Shown here: in pieces, positions 55,762 to 64,000 of the stretch
Numbering within the stretch: the stretch's first letter is position 1
Layout: each line of letters opens with the position of its first letter
Source of the DNA: Thermoanaerobaculia bacterium
Lineage (GTDB): Bacteria; Acidobacteriota; Thermoanaerobaculia; Gp7-AA8
Assembly: GCA_036522835.1 (NCBI GenBank)
Contig: DATDFB010000034.1
Location: 4,383-68,382 of the forward strand
Direction: 5' to 3'
DNA: 64,000 nucleotides
Position numbers and translations under genes: made by a program
Notes under the pieces: model-generated
The model's database searches: none
What the model saw: only the letters and a program-made list of their open reading frames with translations
Told to the model about the DNA's origin: nothing

Positions 55762-57549
55762 ATGCTCCTCGCAATCGTCGCCGCGCTTTATATCAACGAC
55801 GCCTCCTGCACTTCCTGCCACGCGAACATCGTCCACACCTACCACGCGGTGGGGATGTCGAAGTCGTTCTACCGCCCGCGGCAGGACGACGCCATCGAGG
55901 ACTTCTCGAAGCTGCCCTTCAAGCACGCGAAGTCGGGCGACGTGATGGAGCTGCGCTGGCGCAACGGGCGGCTGATCTTCCGCCGCGTGAACGGCCGGAG
56001 CGTGTTCGAGCAGCCGGTCGACTGGATTCTCGGCTCGGGCCACCACGCGCGCACATACCTCTACCAGACGCCGAACGGCGAGCTCTATCAGCTCCCGCTC
56101 GCGTGGTACACGCAGACAAAGGAATGGGGGATGGCCCCCGGCTACGACCGGCGCGACCACGACGGCGTGCTGCGCCGCGCGCGGCACGAGTGCCTCTTTT
56201 GCCACAACGCGTATCCGGGTGACGGGTTTCAGGTGACGGGTGACAAGGTTTCTCACCCGTCACCTGTCACCCGTGACCTGTCACCTGGGAACGCGTATCC
56301 GGACGGGTCCCAGGCCACGGGTGACAAGGCTTCTCACCCGTCACCTGTCACCCGTTCCCTGTCACCCGGCTACTGGAGCAATCAAGGCCTGCCGGCGCAG
56401 CTCCCCGAGGGGATCGGCTGCCAGCGCTGCCACGGGCCGGGATCAGAACACGTGGCGCTCGCCTCGGCCGGCGCCGGCAACGCGCAACTGCGCGCGGCAA
56501 TCGTGAATCCGGCGCACCTCGACGCGCAGCGCCGCAACGACGTCTGCTACGAGTGCCACATGCAGCCGTCCGTGGCCATCCCCGGCCTGCGCCGCTTCGG
56601 GCGCGACATTTACTCGTATCGGCCAGGGCAGCCGCTGCACGACTACCTCGCGCGCGTCGACATCGTCGACGGCGAGATCCCGCGGCCGGAGCGCTTCGAG
56701 ATCAACCATCATCCGTATCGGCTCGAGCAGAGCCGCTGCTTCCGCGAGAGCGGAACGCTGTCGTGTCTCACGTGCCACGACCCGCATCGCAAGACGTCGA
56801 ATGTCTCGCCGGTCTGCCTGCAGTGCCACGCCGAGGCGCATCGCGCGAGCGAGAACTGTGCAACCTGTCACATGCCGAAACGCCGCACGCAGGACGTCGT
56901 TCACGTCGTGATGACGGACCATCGCATCGGCGTCTATCGCGACCTTCCGAAGCTCCTCTCGCCGCGCGAAGAGCGAGACCCGGTCATCGACGACATCGAG
57001 GTCGACGATCCGCTCTACCGCGCCGTCGCCGGCGTGCGCGCCGGCTCGACGTCTGCTGCGCGGCAGCTCGAGACGTTGCTGGCGGACACGCCGTCAAAGG
57101 AGGTCGAGCCGTATCTCGATCTCGCCGCCGCGCAGTTGCGGCAGAAACGCTACGACGCCGTCGAGGCGACGGCGCGCCTCATTCTCGCCCGGGCGCCCGA
57201 CCACCCGCTGGCGCTAGAGTGGCTCGGCCTCGCGCGCGCGAACCTCGGCGCGCGCGACGAAGGGATCGAGCTGCTGCGCAAGGCCGCGGCGCTCGATCCG
57301 CAGCGCGTCGAGACGCTCTACAACCTCGGACTGCAGCTCGCCGCGCGCGGCAGCCGCGACGAGGCCATCGCAGTGTTCGCGCGTGCCGTGGCCGGCCGTC
57401 CGAACTTCGTCCTGGCCTGGTTCCACCTCGGCAATGCCCGCGCCGCCAAGGGCGATCGCGACGGCGCCGTCGCCGCCTGGCGGCGCGCGCTCGACATCGA
57501 TCCGCGTTTCGCCCGCGCCGCCGCCGCTCTCAGTAATCCGCCACCGTGA
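55762..57549 (+). CDS. multiheme c-type cytochrome (7 CxxCH) with C-terminal TPR repeats
   Basis: CTSCH, CLFCH, CQRCH, CYECH, CLTCH, CLQCH, CATCH. TPR-like C-terminal third. Contains an in-frame duplicated heptamer-hairpin element at 56218-56368. Confidence 0.75.
   Translation: MLLAIVAALYINDASCTSCHANIVHTYHAVGMSKSFYRPRQDDAIEDFSKLPFKHAKSGDVMELRWRNGRLIFRRVNGRSVFEQPVDWILGSGHHARTYLYQTPNGELYQLPLAWYTQTKEWGMAPGYDRRDHDGVLRRARHECLFCHNAYPGDGFQVTGDKVSHPSPVTRDLSPGNAYPDGSQATGDKASHPSPVTRSLSPGYWSNQGLPAQLPEGIGCQRCHGPGSEHVALASAGAGNAQLRAAIVNPAHLDAQRRNDVCYECHMQPSVAIPGLRRFGRDIYSYRPGQPLHDYLARVDIVDGEIPRPERFEINHHPYRLEQSRCFRESGTLSCLTCHDPHRKTSNVSPVCLQCHAEAHRASENCATCHMPKRRTQDVVHVVMTDHRIGVYRDLPKLLSPREERDPVIDDIEVDDPLYRAVAGVRAGSTSAARQLETLLADTPSKEVEPYLDLAAAQLRQKRYDAVEATARLILARAPDHPLALEWLGLARANLGARDEGIELLRKAAALDPQRVETLYNLGLQLAARGSRDEAIAVFARAVAGRPNFVLAWFHLGNARAAKGDRDGAVAAWRRALDIDPRFARAAAALSNPPP
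56218..56368. repeat. two tandem copies of a GGTGACN-heptamer hairpin element (H5), inserted in-frame in the cytochrome c gene, each preceded by AACGCGTATCCGG
   Basis: 13-bp direct repeat AACGCGTATCCGG at 56207-56219 and 56290-56302. The element encodes ..GDGFQVTGDKVSHPSPVTRDLSPG NAYPDGSQATGDKASHPSPVTRSLSPG... Confidence 0.8.
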
Positions 57550-59104
57550 GCGGCCCGCCCTTCCACGCCGCACGGAACGCCGCCGCCGTCTTCGTCGCGT
57601 CCTTCTTCTGCGCTTTCAGCGCCTGCGCCAGCCCGTAGAGCGAGCGCGGGTTGTTGCGGTTGCGGGCGAGGTCGTCGCGGAAGACGCGCTCGGCGTCTGC
57701 GGGCCGGCCGGCGCGCAAGAGCGCGGCGCCGAGCGTCTCGCGCACCGGGTTCCACCAGTCCTGCGGCTCGTTGTAGTCGAGCGCGTCCTCCATAGCCACG
57801 GCTTTTTCCAGCGCGGCGATGCCGTCGTTGGTACGGCCCGAAGCGATGGCGATGCGCGCGTCGAGCACCTGCGCGGCGAGCGCGCCGAGAGCTTTGTACG
57901 AGTTCTGCAGCATGCCCACGTCGTCCGGCAGCTTCACGAGCCACGGCTCCATCGCCTTGCGGTCCGACGTCGCGCCGCTGGCGTCGCCGAGCTGCGCGAG
58001 CGCGCTGCCGTGCGCGTAGAGCCAGAGCGCCGCCGAGAGCGGCCCGGCGTCGACCGGCTTGGTCTTCAGCACATCGCGCCAGCGGCCGAAGCGCGTCAGC
58101 ACCTGCGCCGGATAGGCCTCGGCGATCTCCAGCGGCGGCATGTCCTTCAACATCGGCGCCGCGTTGTGCGCGGTCTCGTTCGCCAGCTTCATGGCCGCGC
58201 CGAAGTTCCCGGTCATGGCGTGCGAGGCCGCGCCGAACTGCAGGTTGTGGTTGTAGTACATCATCGCGTAGACGTTCTCGCCGCCGTTCTTCTTGATGAA
58301 CTCGCGGTCGGCCGCGGCCGCGCGCTCGTTCGCCGTCGCGGCGGCGGCGTAGTCGCCGGTGCGCTCGTAGACGTGCGCCGGCATGTGCACGAGGTGGCCG
58401 GCCGACGGCGCGAGCTTCGGCAACCGCTCCGCCGCCGCGACGGCGCGCTCCGGATGCGGCGAGGCCTCGAGCATGTGGATGAGATAGTGGTTCGCGCCGA
58501 GGTGGTTCGGGTTGCGCTTCAGAACTCTCTGCAGCACGGCCACGCCTTCCTCCGTGCCGGGCGCCGGCTTGCCGTCGTGCGACCAGAACTTCCACGGGCG
58601 AAGGTCCATGACGCTCTCGGCGTAGAGCACGGCGACGTCGTCGTCGTTCGGATACTTTTTCGCTAGCTCGCCCATGGCCTGGCTGTAGTCGGCAGCGAGC
58701 TTCTTCAAGTCGCCCTGCGGATCGTTCGTGTAGCGCTTCGTCAGCGCGGCGACGAGGTCGCGCTCTTTCGCTGAGGCGTGCCCGAGGTGCTGCGCGGCGG
58801 CGTGGATGGCGTCGTAGGCCTTCTTCTCGCGCTCGGGATCGACGTCGAGGTTGATGTTCGGCCCGAGCGCGAGCGCGGCGCCCCAGTAGCCCATGGCCAG
58901 CTCCGGATCGCGGCGCGTGGCCTCTTCGAACGAGCGGACGGCCTGCTCGTGGTTGAACGCGTAGACGTACTTCATCCCCTGATCGAAGTACTTCTGGGCC
59001 ATGGCGTTTTTCGTCGAGACGGTCCAGTGCAGCGTGCCGAGTCCCGGGTCGAGCTCGGGCGCGGCGGTGGCGGCAGCGAGAAGGACGGCTAAGATGAAGT
59101 GCAT
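57530..59104 (-). CDS. secreted TPR-repeat protein
   Basis: Start MHFILAVLLAAATAAP (signal). Repeated TPR-like helices. Convergent with the cytochrome gene, 20-bp overlap. Confidence 0.55.
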   Translation of the reverse strand: MHFILAVLLAAATAAPELDPGLGTLHWTVSTKNAMAQKYFDQGMKYVYAFNHEQAVRSFEEATRRDPELAMGYWGAALALGPNINLDVDPEREKKAYDAIHAAAQHLGHASAKERDLVAALTKRYTNDPQGDLKKLAADYSQAMGELAKKYPNDDDVAVLYAESVMDLRPWKFWSHDGKPAPGTEEGVAVLQRVLKRNPNHLGANHYLIHMLEASPHPERAVAAAERLPKLAPSAGHLVHMPAHVYERTGDYAAAATANERAAAADREFIKKNGGENVYAMMYYNHNLQFGAASHAMTGNFGAAMKLANETAHNAAPMLKDMPPLEIAEAYPAQVLTRFGRWRDVLKTKPVDAGPLSAALWLYAHGSALAQLGDASGATSDRKAMEPWLVKLPDDVGMLQNSYKALGALAAQVLDARIAIASGRTNDGIAALEKAVAMEDALDYNEPQDWWNPVRETLGAALLRAGRPADAERVFRDDLARNRNNPRSLYGLAQALKAQKKDATKTAAAFRAAWKGGPLTVADY

Positions 59105-59480
59105 GGTGCGAATGCTACGCTCGATCCCCATCGTCCGGATTTTCGACGAGGCCAAGGCGCGCGAGTTCTACGTCGGCTTCCTCGGCTTCTCCGTCGACTG
59201 GGAGCACCGCTTCGCCGCCGACGCGCCGCTCTACATGCAGGTCTCGCGCGGCGATTGCGTCCTGCACCTGTCGGAGCACTACGGCGACGCCTCGCCCGGC
59301 GCCGGCATCCGCATCGACACGACCGAGCTCGACGCCTTCCACGCCGAGCTGACGGCGAAGCGGTACAAGTACGCGCGGCCGGGGATCAACGAGCAGCCGT
59401 GGGGGAGGGAGGTGGCGGTGAAGGACCCGTTCGGGAATCGGCTGATCTTCGGGGAGGCTAAAATGGATGCGAATCCATGA
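59103..59480 (+). CDS. VOC-family (glyoxalase/bleomycin-resistance fold) protein
   Basis: ..IPIVRIFDEAKAREFYVGFLGFSVDWEHRF..VLHLSEHYGD..GNRLIFGE. Confidence 0.65.
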   Translation: MVRMLRSIPIVRIFDEAKAREFYVGFLGFSVDWEHRFAADAPLYMQVSRGDCVLHLSEHYGDASPGAGIRIDTTELDAFHAELTAKRYKYARPGINEQPWGREVAVKDPFGNRLIFGEAKMDANP

Positions 59481-59650
59481 GCGAGCCGCACAGCAGCATC
59501 GACGACATCATCGAGCTCTACAAAAAAGACGTAGACCGCTCGCTGATCCGCGAAAATCTCGAGCTGACGCCAACGCAGCGGCTGGAGCGGATCGAGGAGG
59601 CGCAGCGGTTGGTCGATGAGCTGCGGAAGAACCGTCGCGACAAGCAATGA
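59477..59650 (+). CDS. small coiled-coil protein (57 aa), possible antitoxin-like partner
   Basis: [57 protein letters not shown]. Below the ORF-track cutoff. Its stop overlaps the next start (ATGA). Confidence 0.4.
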   Translation: MSEPHSSIDDIIELYKKDVDRSLIRENLELTPTQRLERIEEAQRLVDELRKNRRDKQ

Positions 59651-60135
59651 CCATTGATTTCAGCCGGCTCCTGCGCGCTCTGAAATCTGTTGACGCCGAA
59701 TTTCTCATCGTTGGCGGTGTGGCGGCTGCGGTTCACGGTTCGGCGCGAACGACGTTGGATCTCGACATTCTCTACCGCCGGACACGGGAGAACATCGAGC
59801 GGCTCGTCGCGGCGCTGACGCCGTTGCATCCATATCTTCGCGGCGCGCCTCCAGGGCTGCCGTTCCGTTTCGACACCGAGACGATCCGGCGTGGCTGCAA
59901 CTTCACCTTCACCACGGACGCCGGTCCGCTCGATTGTCTCGGCGAGCTCACGGCGGTCGGCGGCTACGAAGACGTTGCGCCGAATGCCATGACTTCGGAA
60001 GCGCACGGCGTCGAGTGTCGCATTCTCAGTCTCGACGACTTGATCGCGGCCAAACGCGCGGCTGGCCGTCCCAAAGACTTCGAAGCCCTTGCGGAGCTCG
60101 AAGTCATCCGCGAAGAGCTCCGCCGCCTCGGCTAA
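59647..60135 (+). CDS. minimal nucleotidyltransferase-fold protein
   Basis: ..[25 protein letters not shown].. matches the GS...DhD NTase motif. Confidence 0.5.
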   Translation: MTIDFSRLLRALKSVDAEFLIVGGVAAAVHGSARTTLDLDILYRRTRENIERLVAALTPLHPYLRGAPPGLPFRFDTETIRRGCNFTFTTDAGPLDCLGELTAVGGYEDVAPNAMTSEAHGVECRILSLDDLIAAKRAAGRPKDFEALAELEVIREELRRLG

Positions 60136-60152
60136 ACTGCGCCCCGCAACCG

Positions 60153-62462
60153 ATGCCCACCCGCAAATCGAAAGACCAGCTCCCCCTCGCTCCGCCGCCG
60201 CCCACCCTCGCTGACATCGAAGCGCAGCCGGTGGCGACGTTCGCCCGGAAGGCCTACCTCGACTACTCGATGTACGTCATCCTCGACCGGGCCCTCCCGC
60301 ACATCGCCGACGGGCTCAAGCCGGTGCAGCGGCGCATCATCTACTCCATGTCGGAGCTCGGCCTGGGGCCGAGCTCGAAGCCGAAAAAGTCGGCGCGCAC
60401 CGTCGGCGATGTCATCGGCAAATACCACCCCCACGGCGACAGCGCCTGCTACGAGGCCATGGTCCTCTTGGCACAGCCGTTCTCGATGCGCTATCCGCTC
60501 ATCGAAGGGCAGGGAAACTTCGGCTCGATGGACCGGCCCAAAGAGTTTGCGGCGATGCGCTACACCGAGTCGAAGCTCGCCCGCTTCTCGCAGACGCTGC
60601 TCTCCGAGCTCGACCAGGGCACCGTCGCGTGGGGCCAGAACTTCGACGGCACGCTGCGCGAGCCGAAGCTTCTGCCGTCGCGCCTCCCGCACGTGCTGCT
60701 CAACGGCGCGTCGGGCATCGCCGTCGGCATGGCCACCGACATCCCCTCGCACAACCTGCGCGAGGTCGTGAACGCCTGCATCGAGCTCCTCGACAACCCC
60801 GAGGCGAACATCGCGCAGATCACCAAACACGTCAAAGGTCCCGATTATCCGACTGAGGCGGAGATCATCACGCCGCTCGCGGAGATCCGGGAGATGTACA
60901 AGACCGGTTACGGAAGCGTGCGCCAGCGCGCGAAGTGGGAAGTCGAGGACGGCGACATCGTCATCACCGCGCTGCCGTATCAGGTCTCGGGCGAGCGGGT
61001 GCTGGAACAGATCGCCCAGCAGCATCAGGCCAAGAAGCTGCCCATGGTCGACGACTACCGCGACGAGTCCGACCACCAGAACCCCACGCGCCTGGTCATC
61101 ATCCCGCGCTCGCGCAACGTCGATCTCGACGAGCTCATGACCCACCTCTTCGCCACGACCGACCTCGAGCGCACCTACCGCGTCAACATGAACATGATCG
61201 GTCTCGACGGCCGGCCGCGCCTGTTCGCGCTCAAGGACCTCCTCCTGGAGTGGCTCGACTTCCGGATCGAGACTGTGCGCCGCCGCCTGCAGCACCGCTA
61301 CGACCACGTCAACGCGCGGCTGCACATCCTCGACGGCTACCTCGTCGCCTATCTCAACGTCGACGAGGTGATCAAGATCATCCGCCGCGAGGACGAGCCC
61401 AAACCGGTCTTGATGAAGCGCTTCAACCTGTCGGAGCTGCAGGCCGAGGCCATCCTCGAGCTGAAGCTGCGGTTCCTGAACAAGCTCGAGGAGATGCAGA
61501 TCAAAGGCGAGCAGGCCAAGCTGCAGACCGAGCGCGCGGAGCTCGAGAAAATCCTCGGGTCGAAGGCCCGGCTGCGCAAGCAGGTGCGCGAGGAGCTGCT
61601 GAAGGACGCCGACGAATTCGGCGACAAACGCCGCTCGCCCATCGTCGAGCGCGAGGCGGCCAAAGCCCTCGACGCCACGGCCCTGATCCCGAGCGAGCCG
61701 GTCACGGTCGTGCTGTCGGAGAAGGGATGGATCCGCGCCGGAAAGGGCCACGACCTCGACCCGAGCGCGCTGCAGTACAAGTCGGGCGACGCGTACCTCC
61801 ACTCGGCGCGCGGCCGCAGCAACCAGCTCGCCGTCGTGATCGACTCCACCGGCCGCGCGTACTCGCTGCCGGCGCACGAGCTGCCGTCGGCGAAGAGCCA
61901 CGGCGAGCCGCTGACGGCATTCCTGGCACCGCCCGCCGGCGCCAGCTTCATCGGCGTGATGATGGGGGAGGCCGACGATCTTTGGCTCCTCTCGACGGAC
62001 GACGGCTACGGCTTCGTCATCCGCCTCGAGGAGATGATGACGCGGCTCAAAGCCGGGAAGTCGATCGTGAACGTCGGCAAAGGCGCGGCCGTGCTGCGCC
62101 CGCAGCGCGTGCACGACATGAGCACCGACTGGATCGCCGCCGCGACGACGACCGGCAAGCTGCTGCTCTTCGGCGCCGACGAGCTGCCGCAGCTCGCCCG
62201 CGGCAAAGGCGTGCAGACGATCAAGCTGCACAAGACCGAGCTCTTCCCGGAGAAGGTGATTGCGACGGCGGTCGTGCCGCAGGACGGGACGCTCGTCGTG
62301 CACGCCGGGAAGCGCTACACGAACCTGAAAGGCGACGACCTGGCCACGTACGCGGGCAAGCGCGCGCAGCGCGGCCTCAAGCTGCCGCGCGGCTTCCAGA
62401 GCGTTTCGACGATCCGCTCCTGGAGCGAGCGCGAAGGGCGCGTGCCGGAGACGGTGATGTGA
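60153..62462 (+). CDS. parC: DNA topoisomerase IV subunit A
   Basis: ..[25 protein letters not shown]..; active-site region ..[10 protein letters not shown]..; C-terminal beta-pinwheel domain. 769 aa. Confidence 0.9.
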   Translation: MPTRKSKDQLPLAPPPPTLADIEAQPVATFARKAYLDYSMYVILDRALPHIADGLKPVQRRIIYSMSELGLGPSSKPKKSARTVGDVIGKYHPHGDSACYEAMVLLAQPFSMRYPLIEGQGNFGSMDRPKEFAAMRYTESKLARFSQTLLSELDQGTVAWGQNFDGTLREPKLLPSRLPHVLLNGASGIAVGMATDIPSHNLREVVNACIELLDNPEANIAQITKHVKGPDYPTEAEIITPLAEIREMYKTGYGSVRQRAKWEVEDGDIVITALPYQVSGERVLEQIAQQHQAKKLPMVDDYRDESDHQNPTRLVIIPRSRNVDLDELMTHLFATTDLERTYRVNMNMIGLDGRPRLFALKDLLLEWLDFRIETVRRRLQHRYDHVNARLHILDGYLVAYLNVDEVIKIIRREDEPKPVLMKRFNLSELQAEAILELKLRFLNKLEEMQIKGEQAKLQTERAELEKILGSKARLRKQVREELLKDADEFGDKRRSPIVEREAAKALDATALIPSEPVTVVLSEKGWIRAGKGHDLDPSALQYKSGDAYLHSARGRSNQLAVVIDSTGRAYSLPAHELPSAKSHGEPLTAFLAPPAGASFIGVMMGEADDLWLLSTDDGYGFVIRLEEMMTRLKAGKSIVNVGKGAAVLRPQRVHDMSTDWIAAATTTGKLLLFGADELPQLARGKGVQTIKLHKTELFPEKVIATAVVPQDGTLVVHAGKRYTNLKGDDLATYAGKRAQRGLKLPRGFQSVSTIRSWSEREGRVPETVM

Positions 62463-62464
62463 TA

Positions 62465-62521
62465 TGGAGTGCGGCGGCCATGCCGCCGCTGTGAGAGCGG
62501 CGGCATGGCCGCCGCACTCCA
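62465..62521. repeat. family-A 57-bp palindromic element, copy 4
   Basis: TGGAGTGCGGCGGCCATGCCGCCGCTGTGAGAGCGGCGGCATGGCCGCCGCACTCCA, between parC and lspA. Confidence 0.9.
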
Positions 62522-62522
62522 C

Positions 62523-63029
62523 ATGATGAGACGCATTAGCTACGCAACGATCATCGCGGCGGTCTTGCTCGTCGATCAGGCGACGAAGGCGCTCGTCCGC
62601 GCCACGCTGACCGACTTCATGCCGCGCCACGTCCTCGGACGCCTGATCACGCTCGTCTACACCGAGAACGCCGGCGCGTTTCTGTCGCTCGGCGACAACC
62701 TGCCGGCGCACGTCCGCACGATCATCTTCGACGTCGTCGTGGCCATCGGCCTCGTCGCCGCGATCGTCGTGTTGTTCCGCGGGAAAGTGACGGCGCACGG
62801 CGACGACATCGCCCTCGCTTTCATCGTCGGCGGCGGCATCGGGAACCTCATCGACCGCATCCGCTTCGGCGGTAAGGTCACGGACTTCATCTACATGCAG
62901 GCCGGCCCGCTGCACACGGGTGTCTTCAACGTGGCCGACATGGCCATCACCTTCGGCGTGCTCTGGCTCTTGGGAACGTGGGCGTTCGCGCGGAAAAAGG
63001 CGGAGGCGCCGCCGCCTACGGCTTCCTGA
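62523..63029 (+). CDS. lspA: lipoprotein signal peptidase (signal peptidase II)
   Basis: ..GGGIGNLIDR.. and ..FNVADMAITFG.. catalytic Asp contexts; four TM segments. Confidence 0.85.
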   Translation: MMRRISYATIIAAVLLVDQATKALVRATLTDFMPRHVLGRLITLVYTENAGAFLSLGDNLPAHVRTIIFDVVVAIGLVAAIVVLFRGKVTAHGDDIALAFIVGGGIGNLIDRIRFGGKVTDFIYMQAGPLHTGVFNVADMAITFGVLWLLGTWAFARKKAEAPPPTAS

Positions 63030-63402
63030 GCGCGACGTTCACGACGTCGTTCTTTGCCTTGAAGACGAGAATCGGATTCTCCTGCGGCCCGAACGCGCCG
63101 AGGTAGCGGGAGGCCGGAACGGGTTCGACGGCGACCTCCTGTTTTTGCGTCTCGCTCGGCGGCTGCACCACGTTGGGCGGCACGACGACGTCGCGCCGCA
63201 CCGTCAATCGCCGGCGTTTGGCCGCGCGGAAGGCGAAGACGTTGCGCTTCGGCTGCGCGGTCGTGGGCGGCGGAAACGACGCGATCACCGCGGGCGCGGA
63301 AATCGACGGTGCGGGTGGGGGAGCGGTGATGCGAGCGACCGGCACCGCCGCCGGCCGGCAGCATCCCGCCACGAGAAGGAGCAGAATCGCTGAGGTCTTC
63401 AT
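63016..63402 (-). CDS. hypothetical Pro-rich lipoprotein
   Basis: MKTSAILLLLVAGCCRP lipobox-like; Pro/Ala-rich. Confidence 0.4.
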   Translation of the reverse strand: MKTSAILLLLVAGCCRPAAVPVARITAPPPAPSISAPAVIASFPPPTTAQPKRNVFAFRAAKRRRLTVRRDVVVPPNVVQPPSETQKQEVAVEPVPASRYLGAFGPQENPILVFKAKNDVVNVALRKP

Positions 63403-63610
63403 CGCTCTTGCGACGGCCGCCTCGGCTGCCAGGTTTCGCATTTTTCACGGCGTCGCGAACGCTCCTTTGACGCACCCCGGTGCATCCTTCGCCTCAGTCC
63501 AATCATTGAGGTCGTAGCCCGCAGCGCCCCCCTTTCCCTTCGGGCGTAGAATCCCTCCGTTTTCGTCGTCTCACCCCACCGTTGAATTTTTCGCGAGAAG
63601 GGAGATGCCC

Positions 63611-64000
63611 ATGTCGAAACGGACCATCGACAAAATCAGCCGGAGAAAATTCGTCAGGATCACGGGCGGCGCCGCCGCGGCGGCAGGTCTCACCACCGGC
63701 TTCCTCTTTCCCCGGCGCGCGCTGGCGCAGCAGAAGACGCTGAAGATCATCCAGTGGAGCCACTTCGTTCCGGGCTACGACAAGTGGTTCGACAACGTCT
63801 TCACCAAGGAGTGGGGCGCCAAGAACAACTGCAACGTCGTCGTCGACCACATCGCCATCGGCGAGATCAACGCGCGCGCGGCCGCCGAGGTCGCGGCGAA
63901 GAAGGGGCACGACCTCTTCATGTTCCTCGCCCCGCCGGCCGCGTACGAAAAGCAGGTCATCGACCACCGCGAGATCTACGACACCGTGCAGAAGAAGCAC
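63611..64000 (+). CDS. ABC-transporter periplasmic solute-binding protein (TAT signal); 3' end outside the window
   Basis: GGGAGA RBS; twin-arginine motif SRRKFVRITGGAAAAAGL. Confidence 0.6.
   Translation, partial: MSKRTIDKISRRKFVRITGGAAAAAGLTTGFLFPRRALAQQKTLKIIQWSHFVPGYDKWFDNVFTKEWGAKNNCNVVVDHIAIGEINARAAAEVAAKKGHDLFMFLAPPAAYEKQVIDHREIYDTVQKKH

Noticed and set aside
28421-62525. Short ORFs beginning MRRPCRR.. / MECGGHA.. (e.g. 28423..28734, 45767 N-terminal extension, 55738 start, 62469 start)
   Set aside because: They are translations of the family-A palindromic element in different frames. Real gene starts were placed downstream of the element where a conserved N-terminus begins.

Overview
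This window is a high-GC (about 68-70% by eye) bacterial chromosomal segment with some 60 protein-coding genes on both strands and no rRNA, tRNA or CRISPR array. Lineage is uncertain; the gene content is loosely consistent with an Acidobacteriota- or Gemmatimonadota-like soil bacterium, which is inference only.

The protein-coding content falls into five groups:
- Housekeeping genes: the Lhr helicase, purH, a GlmS-like amidotransferase, dinB, rsgA, the topoisomerase IV genes parE and parC, lspA and a FabH-like KAS III.
- Signalling genes: a PAS-GGDEF-EAL protein and several receiver-only response regulators.
- Many secreted hypothetical proteins, peptidases and a large beta-helix/Ig-repeat adhesin.
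- At least five toxin-antitoxin modules.
- One operon joining an AbrB/PIN TA pair to an adenosine-deaminase-family protein and a tandem-receiver regulator.

The most interesting candidate is a ~1.7-kb cassette bounded by 26-27-bp direct repeats, carrying a ~690-bp ORF-free structured region and a single DUF3800-like gene. It sits inside a ~3.7-kb low-GC island integrated at the 3' end of lhr, which is bounded by a degenerate duplicate of the lhr 3' terminus.

The other striking property is repeat density:
- A 57-bp nested palindrome family, seen here 4 times complete and 3 times as half-copies.
- Hairpins whose arms are tandem heptamers with locus-specific units, at 5 loci.
- A GGACAGGC-core hairpin family, at 3 loci.
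- A ~100-120-bp element encoding SPRKRGEG-like peptides, at 2 loci.
- A 7.5-copy 43-bp tandem array.
- A ~250-bp mixed-orientation 37-bp repeat array.
- Several of these elements are inserted in-frame inside intact-looking CDSs (lhr, a membrane glycosyltransferase-like gene, a multiheme cytochrome c gene, a uracil-DNA glycosylase gene and a lipase-maturation-factor gene).

All calls come from reading the translated ORFs and the nucleotide sequence only; no database searches were run.
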